The notes under the pieces are model-generated. The model saw only the letters and a list, made by a program, of their open reading frames with translations. It ran no database searches and had not been told where the DNA came from. Below, in pieces: positions 1 to 9,914 of a DNA stretch of 49,335 nucleotides (position 1 is the stretch's first letter; each line of letters starts with the position of its first letter). Both the position numbers and the translations under genes were made by a program. Origin of the DNA: an uncultured Lachnospiraceae bacterium (GTDB lineage Bacteria; Bacillota; Clostridia; Lachnospirales; Lachnospiraceae); assembly GCA_947631075.1 (NCBI GenBank), contig CANRJU010000001.1, positions 1 to 49,335 on the forward strand. Direction: 5' to 3'.

Positions 1-481
1 CCTCCGTCCCCCCGCACCGGATACACGCGAAAATCCGGGGCGCCTCCCCCTCGATGTAGAGCATCCGGAATTCATATATGTACCTCACCAGCTCGCGGGG
101 AATGGAGGGCACGGAAAGCGCCCGCAGGGACATATACAGCAGGTTTAATTCCTCTGTGGCCTCCATCCCCTCTCTGGTGAAATAATCCGCCACCTCACAG
201 AAATACAGCGCCATGTACAGATTGTCCAGGTCCTTTCGCAGCTCCGGGAAAAAATTTTTTGCCTCCACCTGCTCGATCACATAGGAATCCCGCCCTCTGT
301 ATATAAAAAATTCGCCAAAGGTAAAGGGTTCCGTGGGAGCCGACAGAGCGCTCTTGGGACGCCTGGCCCCTCTGGCGAACGCGGAAATCCGTCCCCTCTC
401 CTTCGTCAGAAGGACCACGCGCTTGTCATATTCACCAATGGCTGCGGCTGACAGCACCATACCCATCACACGTTCCTTCAA
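1..481 (-). CDS. recO: DNA repair protein RecO (3' end outside the window)
   Basis: Manual translation from TTG at 481 after a GAGAGGA RBS gives MKERVMGMVLSAAAIGEYDKRVVLLTKERGRISAFARGARRPKS, a typical RecO N-terminus. It lies downstream of era. Not in the ORF track. Confidence 0.92.
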   Translation of the reverse strand, partial: MKERVMGMVLSAAAIGEYDKRVVLLTKERGRISAFARGARRPKSALSAPTEPFTFGEFFIYRGRDSYVIEQVEAKNFFPELRKDLDNLYMALYFCEVADYFTREGMEATEELNLLYMSLRALSVPSIPRELVRYIYEFRMLYIEGEAPRIFACIRCGGTE

Positions 482-611
482 GCTGATTCCTCTCTTTTCC
501 CCAGAAGCCCGTCTCTGTCTCGCCGCTTCTTCTGGTATTTTCTACATAAGCCAGGTAATCCGACACTCGTCCTGTGCGGGTAAAAACATTCCATCTATCC
601 TCGTTCTCCAT
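432..611 (-). CDS. YqzL-like small protein (59 aa)
   Basis: GGAGG RBS followed by ATG; MENEDRWNVFTRTGRVSDYLAY resembles the YqzL W-x-F-x-x-TG-x-x-x-x-YL motif. Position between era and recO matches the Firmicutes gene order. Confidence 0.7.
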   Translation of the reverse strand: MENEDRWNVFTRTGRVSDYLAYVENTRRSGETETGFWGKERNQLEGTCDGYGAVSRSHW

Positions 612-747
612 GTTCTTCCTCCTATTGTATATTGAGCGTTTTCTCTCTAATCAATAGGATATCCCGTCCCGGACAAGCTATGCTGGCACATTATTCCATC
701 CCGATCGCGTCTCGCCGCGGATTGTCGTCAAACTGCTTTCCTCGCTA

Positions 748-1653
748 TTATTCCGTCTCTCGGTAGCCAAAATTTTTCAGCAGAAAATCGCTGTCCCGCC
801 AGTCTTTTTTCACCTTTACCCAGAGCTTCAGATTGACTTTTTCCTGCAAAAAATCCTCAATCTCGCGTCGGGCGCTGCTGCCGATTTTTTTCAGCATGCT
901 CCCCTGCTTCCCGATGATAATTCCCTTGTGGGAATCCCGCTCGCAGATAATCGTTGCGTCGATGTCCATGAGTTTCCCCTTGCCGTCGCGCTCCTTCATC
1001 CGCTCAATGGTGACGGCAATTCCGTGCGGAATCTCGTCCGAGAGCAGGCGCAGCGCTTTTTCCCGGATCAGCTCCGCCACAATCTGACGCTCCGGCTGGT
1101 CGGTTACCGTGTCCTCGTCATAAAACTGCGGACCCTCGTCCAGATATTGGAACATGGTGTCAATCAGTTCCCGCACGCCCTCCCCGTTCTTCGCCGAAAC
1201 TGGGAGAATCTCCGCAAAGGGGAGGATATCCTTATACGCCTCAATATACCGCAAAAGATCCGTCTTTTTCACCTGATCGATTTTATTCATCACAAGGAAA
1301 ACTGGCGCCTGGCACTTTTTCAGCTCCTCAGCGATATGCCGCTCCCCCTGCCCGATAAAATCCGACGCCTCCACCAACCACAGCACCAGATCCACCTCCT
1401 GAAAGGTGCTCTCCGCCGCGTTGACCATATACTCGCCCAGCTTGTTTTTTGCCTTGTGAATGCCCGGCGTATCCAAAAACACGATCTGACCGCGCTCGTC
1501 GTGATAGACGGTCTGAATCCGGTTTCTCGTCGTCTGAGGCTTGTTGGACGTGATGGCGATCTTCTGCCCGATAATCCGGTTCATCAGCGTTGATTTTCCC
1601 ACATTGGGCCGCCCCACTAATGTCACAAAGCCCGACTTAAATACTTGTTCCAT
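748..1653 (-). CDS. era: GTPase Era
   Basis: GRPNVGKS, QTTRN, DTPG and NKID GTPase motifs; C-terminal KH domain (IIIGKQG). Confidence 0.98.
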   Translation of the reverse strand: MEQVFKSGFVTLVGRPNVGKSTLMNRIIGQKIAITSNKPQTTRNRIQTVYHDERGQIVFLDTPGIHKAKNKLGEYMVNAAESTFQEVDLVLWLVEASDFIGQGERHIAEELKKCQAPVFLVMNKIDQVKKTDLLRYIEAYKDILPFAEILPVSAKNGEGVRELIDTMFQYLDEGPQFYDEDTVTDQPERQIVAELIREKALRLLSDEIPHGIAVTIERMKERDGKGKLMDIDATIICERDSHKGIIIGKQGSMLKKIGSSARREIEDFLQEKVNLKLWVKVKKDWRDSDFLLKNFGYRETE

Positions 1654-1740
1654 GCTTTTTCCTTTCTATTGTAATAAAAATCGAAGGCAAGATTTGCCTC
1701 GGCAAACTGTCTTTTGTCTCTGCAAGATTTACCTTTAATA

Positions 1741-4662
1741 TCATTTTAATATCCGGATGCTGTTAAACAGATCCTCCGCGTCCTCTACTTTTTCCTCGCT
1801 TCCCAGCACACATATATAGCCGTCTGACAAGATGGCCTCGATCATCCTCGCCGCCTTTTGGATTGTCTCCGGATCCGTCCGCAGCACTTCTTCTCTCTCC
1901 CGCTGCTTTTCGTCAAAAGTCACGCCCGTCATATAGGCGGCGTACGAGCGCTCTCCCTTGTCCCGCGGCGTCAGCGGCACATCCATGTCGCTGATCGTTC
2001 CGATTATATATTTCATCATATCCCGCTCGCTGGCGTCAAAATTTTCCAGATAAGAAACAATGCCCTTGTAGACCTCATTGGTCTCCTGCAGCTTCGGATC
2101 CCGGTACGACATAAGATATCCGTAGCCCTCCGGCAAAAAGGCGCACATAACGCCATAGGCGCCGCCCTTGACACGCACCTCGTTCCACAGATAATCGTAC
2201 CGTAGAATCGTCCGCACCACCTTGAAGGAGCCGTCGTATTCGACTCCCTTATCCGTGAAAGAGCCGGCCCGCGCCACATACTGAATCTTTCCTGCCGTCT
2301 TAAATCCCTCGTTAATGGCAAAGACCGGAGGCTTCCACGCCGGGTCCGCAAGCGCCGCTGGCTCTTTCGGCGCCAGTCCGTCTCCCAGAACCGGGAAAGC
2401 CCGCTCCACGATCTGATAGCCCTCCGCGTCCGATGTCACCGACACGCTCATGCGCTCTCTCACAAACACCTTTTTCATCAGGCCCTCCAGTACCTGGCAG
2501 AGATTTTCCTTTCGCTCCTCAAAGTGATCGTCCAGATCGCACAGGAAATCATAGTAGGAAATTCCCTTCATCTGCTCCACATCGTACATTCTCCGCTTCA
2601 CATAGGAGAGGGCGCGCCACGCCGCCGTCGTGTGGCCGGACGCCTGCAATCCCGCCTGCTTCTCGCTCCGCGCCTCACCGATAACCTCCCGCAGCCGCTT
2701 CTCATCCGTTACATGAGACATGGTGAGGATTTCCCGGATCAGCCCCATGATATGCTCCGTTTCCGAGTAGAGCACCTTCGTGTTCAGCTCAAAATGAACG
2801 GAGTAGCTGTCCGTATTTTTCTGTTCATAGGACGCCATGCTCATACCCATATTGCCCGCGTGAAGAAGGATTTCATTGCTCAGCTCCAGCTTGTCATAGC
2901 GCTCGGTATCCACCGCCCCCAAAAGGTCCGCCAGCAGCGAAATATACGAGATATAACCCCGCAAATCCGTCACATCAAAGGAAACCTTTATATAGCTGAT
3001 GCCGTTGGTAAAAATATTGTGGTGGAGCGCCGGAATCTCCCCGATACTCTTTTTTTCATTGTAAAATGGCTGCGCGTCCCGGCCGATGTCCTCTCTGGCC
3101 AGGAGCGGAATGCACTTCAGCACCTCCTCCGGCGTGGGCTCCTCCTGATAGCGCTTCAGCTCTTTTGTCTGCTCCACTAGCTCCTCGCACTGCTCCCTCG
3201 TAAGCGACGCCTTGTACCGGTCTAACCGCTCCTGCTCCTCCCGGTCCATCAGGCTGGTGAGCCCCACCTTGGGCTCCACGCTGACAAAACTGCTGTGCCG
3301 GTTGTCGAGAAAATATTTCCGAATAATATCCTCATAATATCCGGTGCCGATTTTGTCCTTCATAAGCTGAAAAATGTCATTGGCGCGCAGGTGGATAAAG
3401 GGCTTGGAGCCGTCGTAGAGCCAGCTGTCAAACATCTGGAGCCCGTACATCAGCCCCTTGGGGTACGAGCCAAAATCCGCCTCCCGGTACTGAAACTCCA
3501 GCCCGTTAATCGCCGCCCGCAGGGATTTCTCATTCAGACCGTCCCGCACAAGCCCCTCTAACGTCTGGCGGATAATATCCAAAAACTCCTGTTTTTGCTC
3601 TTTTTTTACATTTTTCGCTATAATGGAAAAATAGGGCTGCTTCACGCTCTCCTCGTACATGCTGGTAATCTCGCTACCGATTCCCGCGTCCATGAGCGCC
3701 TGCTTGACCGGCGCGCCCACCGAATCCACCAGCACATGGTCGAGGACCTGCATCACGCGGTACATCTCCCGATCCAGCGAATCGCCGAGCACGACATTAT
3801 AGCTGAAATACGCCTTGCCCTCGGTCTCCTCGCCCTCGGTGACCGAATAAAATCCGTACTGGTCCCGCCGCTCTGCAAAGGCCTCCTGGCGCCCGATCTC
3901 GGAATCCACCTCCAGATAGTCAAAATCGCTCAAATAATTCTCATCGATCCAATTCAGCTTTTCCTCCATGTCCATGTCGCCGTACAAATAAATGTAGCTG
4001 TTGGACGGATGATAGTATTTTCCATGAAAATCCAGGTAGTCCTCATAGGTCAGGTCCGGAATCGCTGCCGGATCGCCGCCGGACTCCACGCCGTAGGCGG
4101 TATCCGGGAAAAGGGACTGCTGGATGTTGCGGAATAAAAGCTGATCCGGCGAGGAGAATACGCCCTTCATCTCGTTGAACACCACGCCGTTGTATTTCAG
4201 CGGCGCGTCCGCGCTCTCCAGCTCGTAGTGCCACCCCTCCTGCTTGAAAATCTTCTCCTCGCTGTAAATATTAGGATAAAACACTGCGTCCAGATACACA
4301 TGCATCAGGTTCTGGAAATCTTTGTCATTGCAGCTCGCCACCGGATAGACGGTCTTGTCCGGATAAGTCATGGCGTTGAGAAAGGTGTTCAGCGACCCCT
4401 TGGCCAATTCGATAAAAGGATCCTTGACCGGGAACTTTTTCGACCCGCATAGAACCGTGTGCTCCACAATGTGGGCTACACCTGTAGAATCCTTAGGCGG
4501 CGTGCGGAATCCAATGGTGAATACCTTGTTGTTGTCATCATTTTCAATCAGCGCCACCTTGGCCTTTGTCCGTTTATGCTCCAACAGATAGCCCGTGCTG
4601 TTCAGCTCCGCGATCTTCTGCTCCTCAATCAACTGGTATGCTTTGCAATTTTGAATGTTCAT
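1741..4662 (-). CDS. Insulinase-family M16C metallopeptidase (presequence protease PreP-like)
   Basis: HIVEH inverted zinc motif, FLNAMTYPDKT, RVKGGAYG; 973 aa. Confidence 0.93.
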   Translation of the reverse strand: MNIQNCKAYQLIEEQKIAELNSTGYLLEHKRTKAKVALIENDDNNKVFTIGFRTPPKDSTGVAHIVEHTVLCGSKKFPVKDPFIELAKGSLNTFLNAMTYPDKTVYPVASCNDKDFQNLMHVYLDAVFYPNIYSEEKIFKQEGWHYELESADAPLKYNGVVFNEMKGVFSSPDQLLFRNIQQSLFPDTAYGVESGGDPAAIPDLTYEDYLDFHGKYYHPSNSYIYLYGDMDMEEKLNWIDENYLSDFDYLEVDSEIGRQEAFAERRDQYGFYSVTEGEETEGKAYFSYNVVLGDSLDREMYRVMQVLDHVLVDSVGAPVKQALMDAGIGSEITSMYEESVKQPYFSIIAKNVKKEQKQEFLDIIRQTLEGLVRDGLNEKSLRAAINGLEFQYREADFGSYPKGLMYGLQMFDSWLYDGSKPFIHLRANDIFQLMKDKIGTGYYEDIIRKYFLDNRHSSFVSVEPKVGLTSLMDREEQERLDRYKASLTREQCEELVEQTKELKRYQEEPTPEEVLKCIPLLAREDIGRDAQPFYNEKKSIGEIPALHHNIFTNGISYIKVSFDVTDLRGYISYISLLADLLGAVDTERYDKLELSNEILLHAGNMGMSMASYEQKNTDSYSVHFELNTKVLYSETEHIMGLIREILTMSHVTDEKRLREVIGEARSEKQAGLQASGHTTAAWRALSYVKRRMYDVEQMKGISYYDFLCDLDDHFEERKENLCQVLEGLMKKVFVRERMSVSVTSDAEGYQIVERAFPVLGDGLAPKEPAALADPAWKPPVFAINEGFKTAGKIQYVARAGSFTDKGVEYDGSFKVVRTILRYDYLWNEVRVKGGAYGVMCAFLPEGYGYLMSYRDPKLQETNEVYKGIVSYLENFDASERDMMKYIIGTISDMDVPLTPRDKGERSYAAYMTGVTFDEKQREREEVLRTDPETIQKAARMIEAILSDGYICVLGSEEKVEDAEDLFNSIRILK

Positions 4663-4770
4663 ACGCTACCTCCATGTCTATTTATCATTATTTTTCATAA
4701 ACATTCCAATAAATATACAGTACCACACAATTCTCAAAGCCGCAAGCGGTGCAAAAAACTAATTTTTCTT

Positions 4771-4799
4771 TTGACTTTTGCGCCCTATTGTGGTATTGT
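4771..4799 (+). promoter_or_regulatory. SigA-type promoter of the cold-shock gene
   Basis: TTGACT-17 bp-TATTGT with a TG extended -10. Confidence 0.6.
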
Positions 4800-4835
4800 A
4801 ACTATGTGTTAAATATTTTTTAGGAGGCAAAACAC

Positions 4836-5033
4836 ATGAAAGGTACAGTAAAATGGTTTAACGCCAAAAAAGGATTCGGATTCATTTCCGATGAAGAGGG
4901 TAACGATGTATTCGTACACTTCTCCGCGCTGCAGATGGATGGCTTCAAAGTGCTGGACGACGGCGACGAAGTAGAGTTTGAAGTGATCGAAGGCGAGAAG
5001 GGACCTCAGGCCGCAAACGTAACAAAGTTATAA
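4836..5033 (+). CDS. csp: Cold-shock protein (CspA family)
   Basis: GTVKWFN, KGFGFI (RNP1), VFVHF (RNP2), GPQAANV; AGGAGG RBS. Confidence 0.97.
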   Translation: MKGTVKWFNAKKGFGFISDEEGNDVFVHFSALQMDGFKVLDDGDEVEFEVIEGEKGPQAANVTKL

Positions 5034-5150
5034 TCGAATTTGAATGGAGTAATTTTTACGCGGAGGCGCTGCCTGCATAGCTCAGGATATGCGGCAGATC
5101 CTTATATAGATGTAGTAAAAGTTATAAATTGCAATAGGTTGTAACCCAGA

Positions 5151-5192
5151 AGAACCCGGCGTGGCAGAAGCCATGCCGGGTTCTGATTTTTT
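5151..5192 (+). terminator. Rho-independent terminator between convergent genes
   Basis: AGAACCCGGCGTGGC-AGAA-GCCATGCCGGGTTCT hairpin followed by a T tract. Confidence 0.8.
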
Positions 5193-5205
5193 GTGGGTGA
5201 GGGCT

Positions 5206-6246
5206 TTAATGATTTACAATAGTGTAGTGGGTGTTCCTTGCTTTTCCATTTTGCATTAAAAGGTTATTCTTTACCATTTTTTGAATAATCCTGGACGCAG
5301 TGGATGTGCTTACGCCCAGCAGCCGAATGGCGTCTTTCCTTGTAATAGCGCCATAAATCCGGGCATATTCTAATATTCTTTCTTCCGCGTCACTTAGCTT
5401 CTTTTTGGGTTTTACCGAATAAACCAATTGAGGTTCTGCTATAATGTTATAATTATTTCTATTTCTATTTTTATATTCGTACTCATATTCATGCTTTGCA
5501 TTGACATTAGGCAGGATAATTTTAAATGTGTTCTTCGTTGTTTCAATTATGGGTTTTTCCGCTAAATTTTCGTATGCCTTCATAATTTTCCCCATTCCTG
5601 TCCCATAAGCCTCAATTAAATGCAGGCGATAAAATACATTTGCAAGGTCTTGATTCCGGCAGACAGAGATGCCTGCCATGATATCTTCCAGCTCTATTCC
5701 CGGTACCAACCCGCCAATAGATACAAACTCTATTCGATCTCTATAAATATTGATGATTGCGCTGGCGCTAAAGGAATAATCACGATGAACCAGCAAATTC
5801 AGCAATGTCTCTCTGATGGCAAGTTCTGGATAATCCCTGACATCCGTTCTCACTAATTTATTGATTGTTGCACGAGTCTGATTATAAAAATCAATAAAAT
5901 CATACACCTCGTTCATCTGCCGCAACAGAGATCCCGTAAACTCCCGACGATCCCTGAAAATTGTCTGATCTGTTCCCTGAAAAACAGCAACCTTAACAGT
6001 ATGAACACATTGATCCGATAGAAGCTGGCCCAGATTACTGTAAAGGTTATCCTGATCAATCAGCTTCAGAGATCTCATTTGCTGCGGCCCAAATTCTACC
6101 ATCCGCAGCGCAAATTCTTTTTGGGCATCTTCAAATGTCAGTTCCTGATTCAAACATCGCATGGATTCAAAACGATCCCCATCTGTTTCCTTGATCATAC
6201 GACGAATTGCTTCCAGTTCTACAACTTCACTTTCACGAAACAGCAT
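5206..6246 (-). CDS. ATP-binding (HATPase_c_4 / RecG-C-like) protein with C-terminal HTH; N-terminal AlbA/Schlafen domain apparently deleted
   Basis: YPELAIRETLLNLLVHRDYS, CRNQDLANVF and IEAYGTG motifs plus a C-terminal wHTH; the N-terminus ESEVVEL runs directly into AIRRMIKETDGD. Confidence 0.75.
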   Translation of the reverse strand: MLFRESEVVELEAIRRMIKETDGDRFESMRCLNQELTFEDAQKEFALRMVEFGPQQMRSLKLIDQDNLYSNLGQLLSDQCVHTVKVAVFQGTDQTIFRDRREFTGSLLRQMNEVYDFIDFYNQTRATINKLVRTDVRDYPELAIRETLLNLLVHRDYSFSASAIINIYRDRIEFVSIGGLVPGIELEDIMAGISVCRNQDLANVFYRLHLIEAYGTGMGKIMKAYENLAEKPIIETTKNTFKIILPNVNAKHEYEYEYKNRNRNNYNIIAEPQLVYSVKPKKKLSDAEERILEYARIYGAITRKDAIRLLGVSTSTASRIIQKMVKNNLLMQNGKARNTHYTIVNH

Positions 6247-6361
6247 GCCAGCGCCTCCTATCCTATTCCTTTATGCTTCTATTATATCATCTCGACTCCG
6301 TCTTGATGGAGATACTCGTTAAATGCCTCTTGACGCAAGCGTCATCGGCATTTTCCTCGTT

Positions 6362-6390
6362 ATTATATCATATCGTTTCAATCTTGTCGA
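6362..6390 (-). promoter_or_regulatory. SigA-type promoter upstream of the HATPase-HTH gene
   Basis: On the minus strand, TCGACA-17 bp-TATAAT with TGn. Confidence 0.55.
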
Positions 6391-6464
6391 TACGTTTTTG
6401 AACCGATTATGAGACGATTTTGAATCAATTATGAATCGATTGTGATTCGATTGCGATACGATTT
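6388..6464. repeat. Seven degenerate 11-bp tandem repeats
   Basis: cgatacgtttt|tgaaccgatta|tgagacgattt|tgaatcaatta|tgaatcgattg|tgattcgattg|cgatacgattt. Confidence 0.8.
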
Positions 6465-6511
6465 TCTGGCAAACTGTTTATTAAAACCTGTACTATCATC
6501 ACTCCCCTAAA

Positions 6512-7069
6512 TCACTCAAACTCCACGCGCCCCGTCTCGATATCATAAACAGCACCGAGAATGCGCACATCGTCCTCTTTTTGAATATCCAAGCTGTCCT
6601 TAATCAGCGAAACACTCCGCTCCACATTTTTCCAGCACGCCTTCAGGGCGTCCGTTTCGTCTCCAATAGCAAGGCTGATCTCGTCGGTCACAAATTTAAT
6701 ATACCCCTCCGGATCGTGATGAAGCGCCGCGTCGATAGCGCCGCAGTGCGTATGCCCCAGCACGACGACCAGCCGGCAGCCCAGATGAGACGCCGCATAC
6801 TCGACGCTCCCCAGCTGATGATTGTCAATCACGTTTCCCGCCACGCGGATTACAAACAGCTCCCCGATTCCCGCCATAAAAATATCCTCCGGAATCACTC
6901 TCGAATCGGAGCAGGTAACAATGACCGCATAGGGATGCTGCCCCTCCTTCGCCGTCTTTTCCCGCAGGGCAGGCGAAATGTCACTGTCGTTGCGGGCGAC
7001 GGCAAGATACGCCTCATTCCCTGTTTTCAATCTCTCTAACGCAGTCTTTGCAGACATAATCTGATCCAT
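6512..7069 (-). CDS. Beta-class carbonic anhydrase
   Basis: CSDSR, RVAGN and HTHCGA zinc-binding motifs. Confidence 0.95.
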   Translation of the reverse strand: MDQIMSAKTALERLKTGNEAYLAVARNDSDISPALREKTAKEGQHPYAVIVTCSDSRVIPEDIFMAGIGELFVIRVAGNVIDNHQLGSVEYAASHLGCRLVVVLGHTHCGAIDAALHHDPEGYIKFVTDEISLAIGDETDALKACWKNVERSVSLIKDSLDIQKEDDVRILGAVYDIETGRVEFE

Positions 7070-7147
7070 AATTTCCTCCTGTTAGTTATTTCTTTTTCTT
7101 TCAAGCGTTCACTTTTCCTCATAGGTTCTGCACATAATCTATGTATA

Positions 7148-7900
7148 TTACATACCTTTTCGAACTAGCGAACTATACTTTTTTCCTAAATAATATAACG
7201 TAACACCCACAAATTCCTCACGCTCATCACTGCTATATAATTTATCTATCAGTTTTTTTATCACTGAAGATGTGCATTTCCCATCCTTATCTAATTTTCT
7301 TAGCATTTTTCTGGCTCCCTCATATGTATCTTTTCTTCCCTTTAATAATTCTGTTGACGTGTCACGCACTGTTCCATCCTTTTTCTGAATCCCGTTCAGC
7401 ATCAAGACTTCGTTAATATCTCTTTCCATATCCTTATCCATTGGATCTGTATATATCTTCCCATCTTTATCATAAGCGATTTTATCCATTTGAATCTCAT
7501 TGAGCGGACTAAGTTTAATTTCTGTTTCCTTTTTATGGGCATCACAACACAGGATATGGCCTTTACCACCTGTCGCGCTCTCTCCACCATCACATACCCC
7601 AAGCATATTATTATAGTCAATCGCCCCATTCTTGCCCTTACTCAATGGCACGAGATGTTCTATCCGGGAATGATTATCCATATGAATACGCCTCATGCAA
7701 TAAGCACATATTCCATGCTGTTCATGCAATAATATCTCTTTCACCTCATTTTTCGGAAAATTATTGTCAAACACCTGACGAATTGCATCCGTATCTTTTT
7801 CTCCTATTTTCTTCCACCCATCACTTTTACGAAGTTCTATAATTCTCCTATTGATGTCATCTTTTAGTCCTTCTTTTTTAATATATAACAATATTAACAC
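7148..7900 (-). CDS. HNH endonuclease (PtuB / TIGR02646-like)
   Basis: EQHGICAYCMRRI...RIEHLVP...YNNMLGVC...CDAHK; GTG start overlaps the ATPase stop codon. Confidence 0.8.
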   Translation of the reverse strand: MLILLYIKKEGLKDDINRRIIELRKSDGWKKIGEKDTDAIRQVFDNNFPKNEVKEILLHEQHGICAYCMRRIHMDNHSRIEHLVPLSKGKNGAIDYNNMLGVCDGGESATGGKGHILCCDAHKKETEIKLSPLNEIQMDKIAYDKDGKIYTDPMDKDMERDINEVLMLNGIQKKDGTVRDTSTELLKGRKDTYEGARKMLRKLDKDGKCTSSVIKKLIDKLYSSDEREEFVGVTLYYLGKKYSSLVRKGM

Positions 7901-9165
7901 TCCTCTATCATCTTTGCATCCGATATCATTCCAGCCATTTTTTTATATTCAGAATTATCTTCCCCCAATACCGTTTTCAGTTTCTCCAATACGGCAGAAG
8001 CCTTTTCGAAATCCGTATCATCTATAGCTGTCTCTATCTGATCAACTAATGTCTTTACATTCTTCGGCCTCGATACACTCTCCTGGCGATAACGAAGTAC
8101 ATCCTCCACCTCATACCCATAGCAATCCGGTAAATAACTGACATCTTTATCACTTTCTAAAAAAATAAGATTTGCATCTTTAGATGAAGCTATTACAATC
8201 GGCGAATGTGTTGCGATGATAAACTGAACATTCTCAAAAGTTTTACGCAATGCCTCTATTACATTCCACTGCCACTTTGGATGCAAATGCAAATCTATCT
8301 CATCTATCAAAACAATTCCTTCTATCTGTTCCCTTTTCTCCAATTCCGGATTTAACATACATGCTCTATACGCCAAATCCATAATCATCCATAATAATGA
8401 TTGATACCCCGCACTCAGCTTCGAAATCGGCATTTCTACCTGATCGTTTTTATAAACCAATTCGTTAAACTGTGGTGAATAATAAACTGCCGGAATATCC
8501 TCCATTTCATTTATTTCCTTCATAAAAGACGCTACTATATTCTTAAACATTTCATATTCGCGCACAAATCCTTTATTGGAAGCCACAATTTCCTGCTTGA
8601 GACACCACTGTTTAATAGATTTGACATCCATAGAAGATTTCAGGCATCCAACATATCCACATCTTCTATCATCTAGCTTTTTCTTTAATTCTGCCCCCAA
8701 ATCACCCTTCTCAACTCTCCATGCCCTGGCAGCACTTTGAAAACTGATCAACGGAAGAAGAGCTTCCGAATCATTTGTCAGATTTTTCATCCATATACAT
8801 ACATCTTTATCATCTGTTTTCATGGTTTTAGAAGATCGTTCTTCCTTTACTCTGTTCCAGATAAACTCCTGTTCATTCATGCTTTGCAAAACACATCCTA
8901 CAGAAGCCGGCTCACAATATTCAATCGATGCCGACGAATCTCCAAGTGGTTTGATTTTTAAATGAATATCCTCTTTTAAAATATTTATTGGGGTAACGCC
9001 TGTCACATTTTCAAACATTCCCCCAAGAGCCACTGCCATTCCCTCTAAAACAGACGTCTTTCCTGCCCCATTATCTCCAATAAGCAGATTCACCCCTGGT
9101 TTTAAGTCAATATCTAAGCTTTCGATTGCTTTATAATTTTTTATATGAATCTTTTTCAAGTACAT
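7894..9165 (-). CDS. ABC/AAA ATPase (PtuA-like, Septu)
   Basis: Walker A GDNGAGKT, signature LSAGYQS, Walker B LIDEIDLHLHPKWQ, H-loop ATHSP. Confidence 0.85.
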   Translation of the reverse strand: MYLKKIHIKNYKAIESLDIDLKPGVNLLIGDNGAGKTSVLEGMAVALGGMFENVTGVTPINILKEDIHLKIKPLGDSSASIEYCEPASVGCVLQSMNEQEFIWNRVKEERSSKTMKTDDKDVCIWMKNLTNDSEALLPLISFQSAARAWRVEKGDLGAELKKKLDDRRCGYVGCLKSSMDVKSIKQWCLKQEIVASNKGFVREYEMFKNIVASFMKEINEMEDIPAVYYSPQFNELVYKNDQVEMPISKLSAGYQSLLWMIMDLAYRACMLNPELEKREQIEGIVLIDEIDLHLHPKWQWNVIEALRKTFENVQFIIATHSPIVIASSKDANLIFLESDKDVSYLPDCYGYEVEDVLRYRQESVSRPKNVKTLVDQIETAIDDTDFEKASAVLEKLKTVLGEDNSEYKKMAGMISDAKMIEEC

Positions 9166-9257
9166 CTATCTCGCCTCCTTTACCTATATCTTTGCCAGAA
9201 AAAATTTTTTTAATGCCACTCTTTCTGTACTCCAATATTTTACATGACATACTTTCC

Positions 9258-9896
9258 TCAAAATTTCAGTTTCAACTCCACCAGGACCGGCGCCTTCACA
9301 TATCCGGCAAACACATCCCCGTCTGACGGTTTCCCCACAATACTGCCGTAATGCGTGGGAATCACTACCTCCGGCTGAATCGCGTTCGCAAGCTCCGCCG
9401 CCTTCCTGGCCTCCATCGTGTAGGTGCCGCCAATGGGAATCAGCGCAATGTCGCACTTGACCGCCTTCGCCTCATCGGTAGCGTCCGTATCCCCGGCGAC
9501 ATAGATGCGCTTCCCGCCTATCTGCATAATATAGCCCACCCAGCCAGCGCTCTTGGGATGAAACGGCTTGTGCAAATTGTACGCCGGCACTGTCTCAATC
9601 GCCAGCCCCTCTATATCCTGCTCCATGCCCAGCGCGACCGTCACAATCTGCTTCACCAGCGCAGATGCCTCCTCCGCTTTTTTCTTCATCTTTTCCGGAA
9701 CCACCAGCACTGTGTCCTTTCCCGCTGCCTTCGCGATATCTTCCGGTGAAAAATGATCGAAATGGTCATGCGTAATCAGAATAAAATCCGCGTCATGGGG
9801 AGCTGTTTTCATCTGAAACGGATCCAGATAAATCGTCCTGTCCCCGTCCTTGATCCGAATACTGCTCTGGGTAAATACTTCGATATTTTCTGTCAT
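9258..9896 (-). CDS. MBL-fold metallo-hydrolase (UlaG-like)
   Basis: THDHFDH, AGDT, PIGGTYTM and IPTHYG motifs. Confidence 0.9.
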   Translation of the reverse strand: MTENIEVFTQSSIRIKDGDRTIYLDPFQMKTAPHDADFILITHDHFDHFSPEDIAKAAGKDTVLVVPEKMKKKAEEASALVKQIVTVALGMEQDIEGLAIETVPAYNLHKPFHPKSAGWVGYIMQIGGKRIYVAGDTDATDEAKAVKCDIALIPIGGTYTMEARKAAELANAIQPEVVIPTHYGSIVGKPSDGDVFAGYVKAPVLVELKLKF

Positions 9897-9914
9897 TGTG
9901 ATATGTCTCCTTTC

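Noticed and set aside
333-4812. Many antisense and alternate-frame ORFs over recO, era and the peptidase (and likewise over ligA, spoVA and valS)
   Set aside because: Shadow ORFs of GC-rich coding sequence with no motifs or RBS.
7148-9900. Retron (Ec78-like) interpretation of the ATPase+HNH pair
   Set aside because: No reverse transcriptase (YADD) gene or msr/msd structure nearby.
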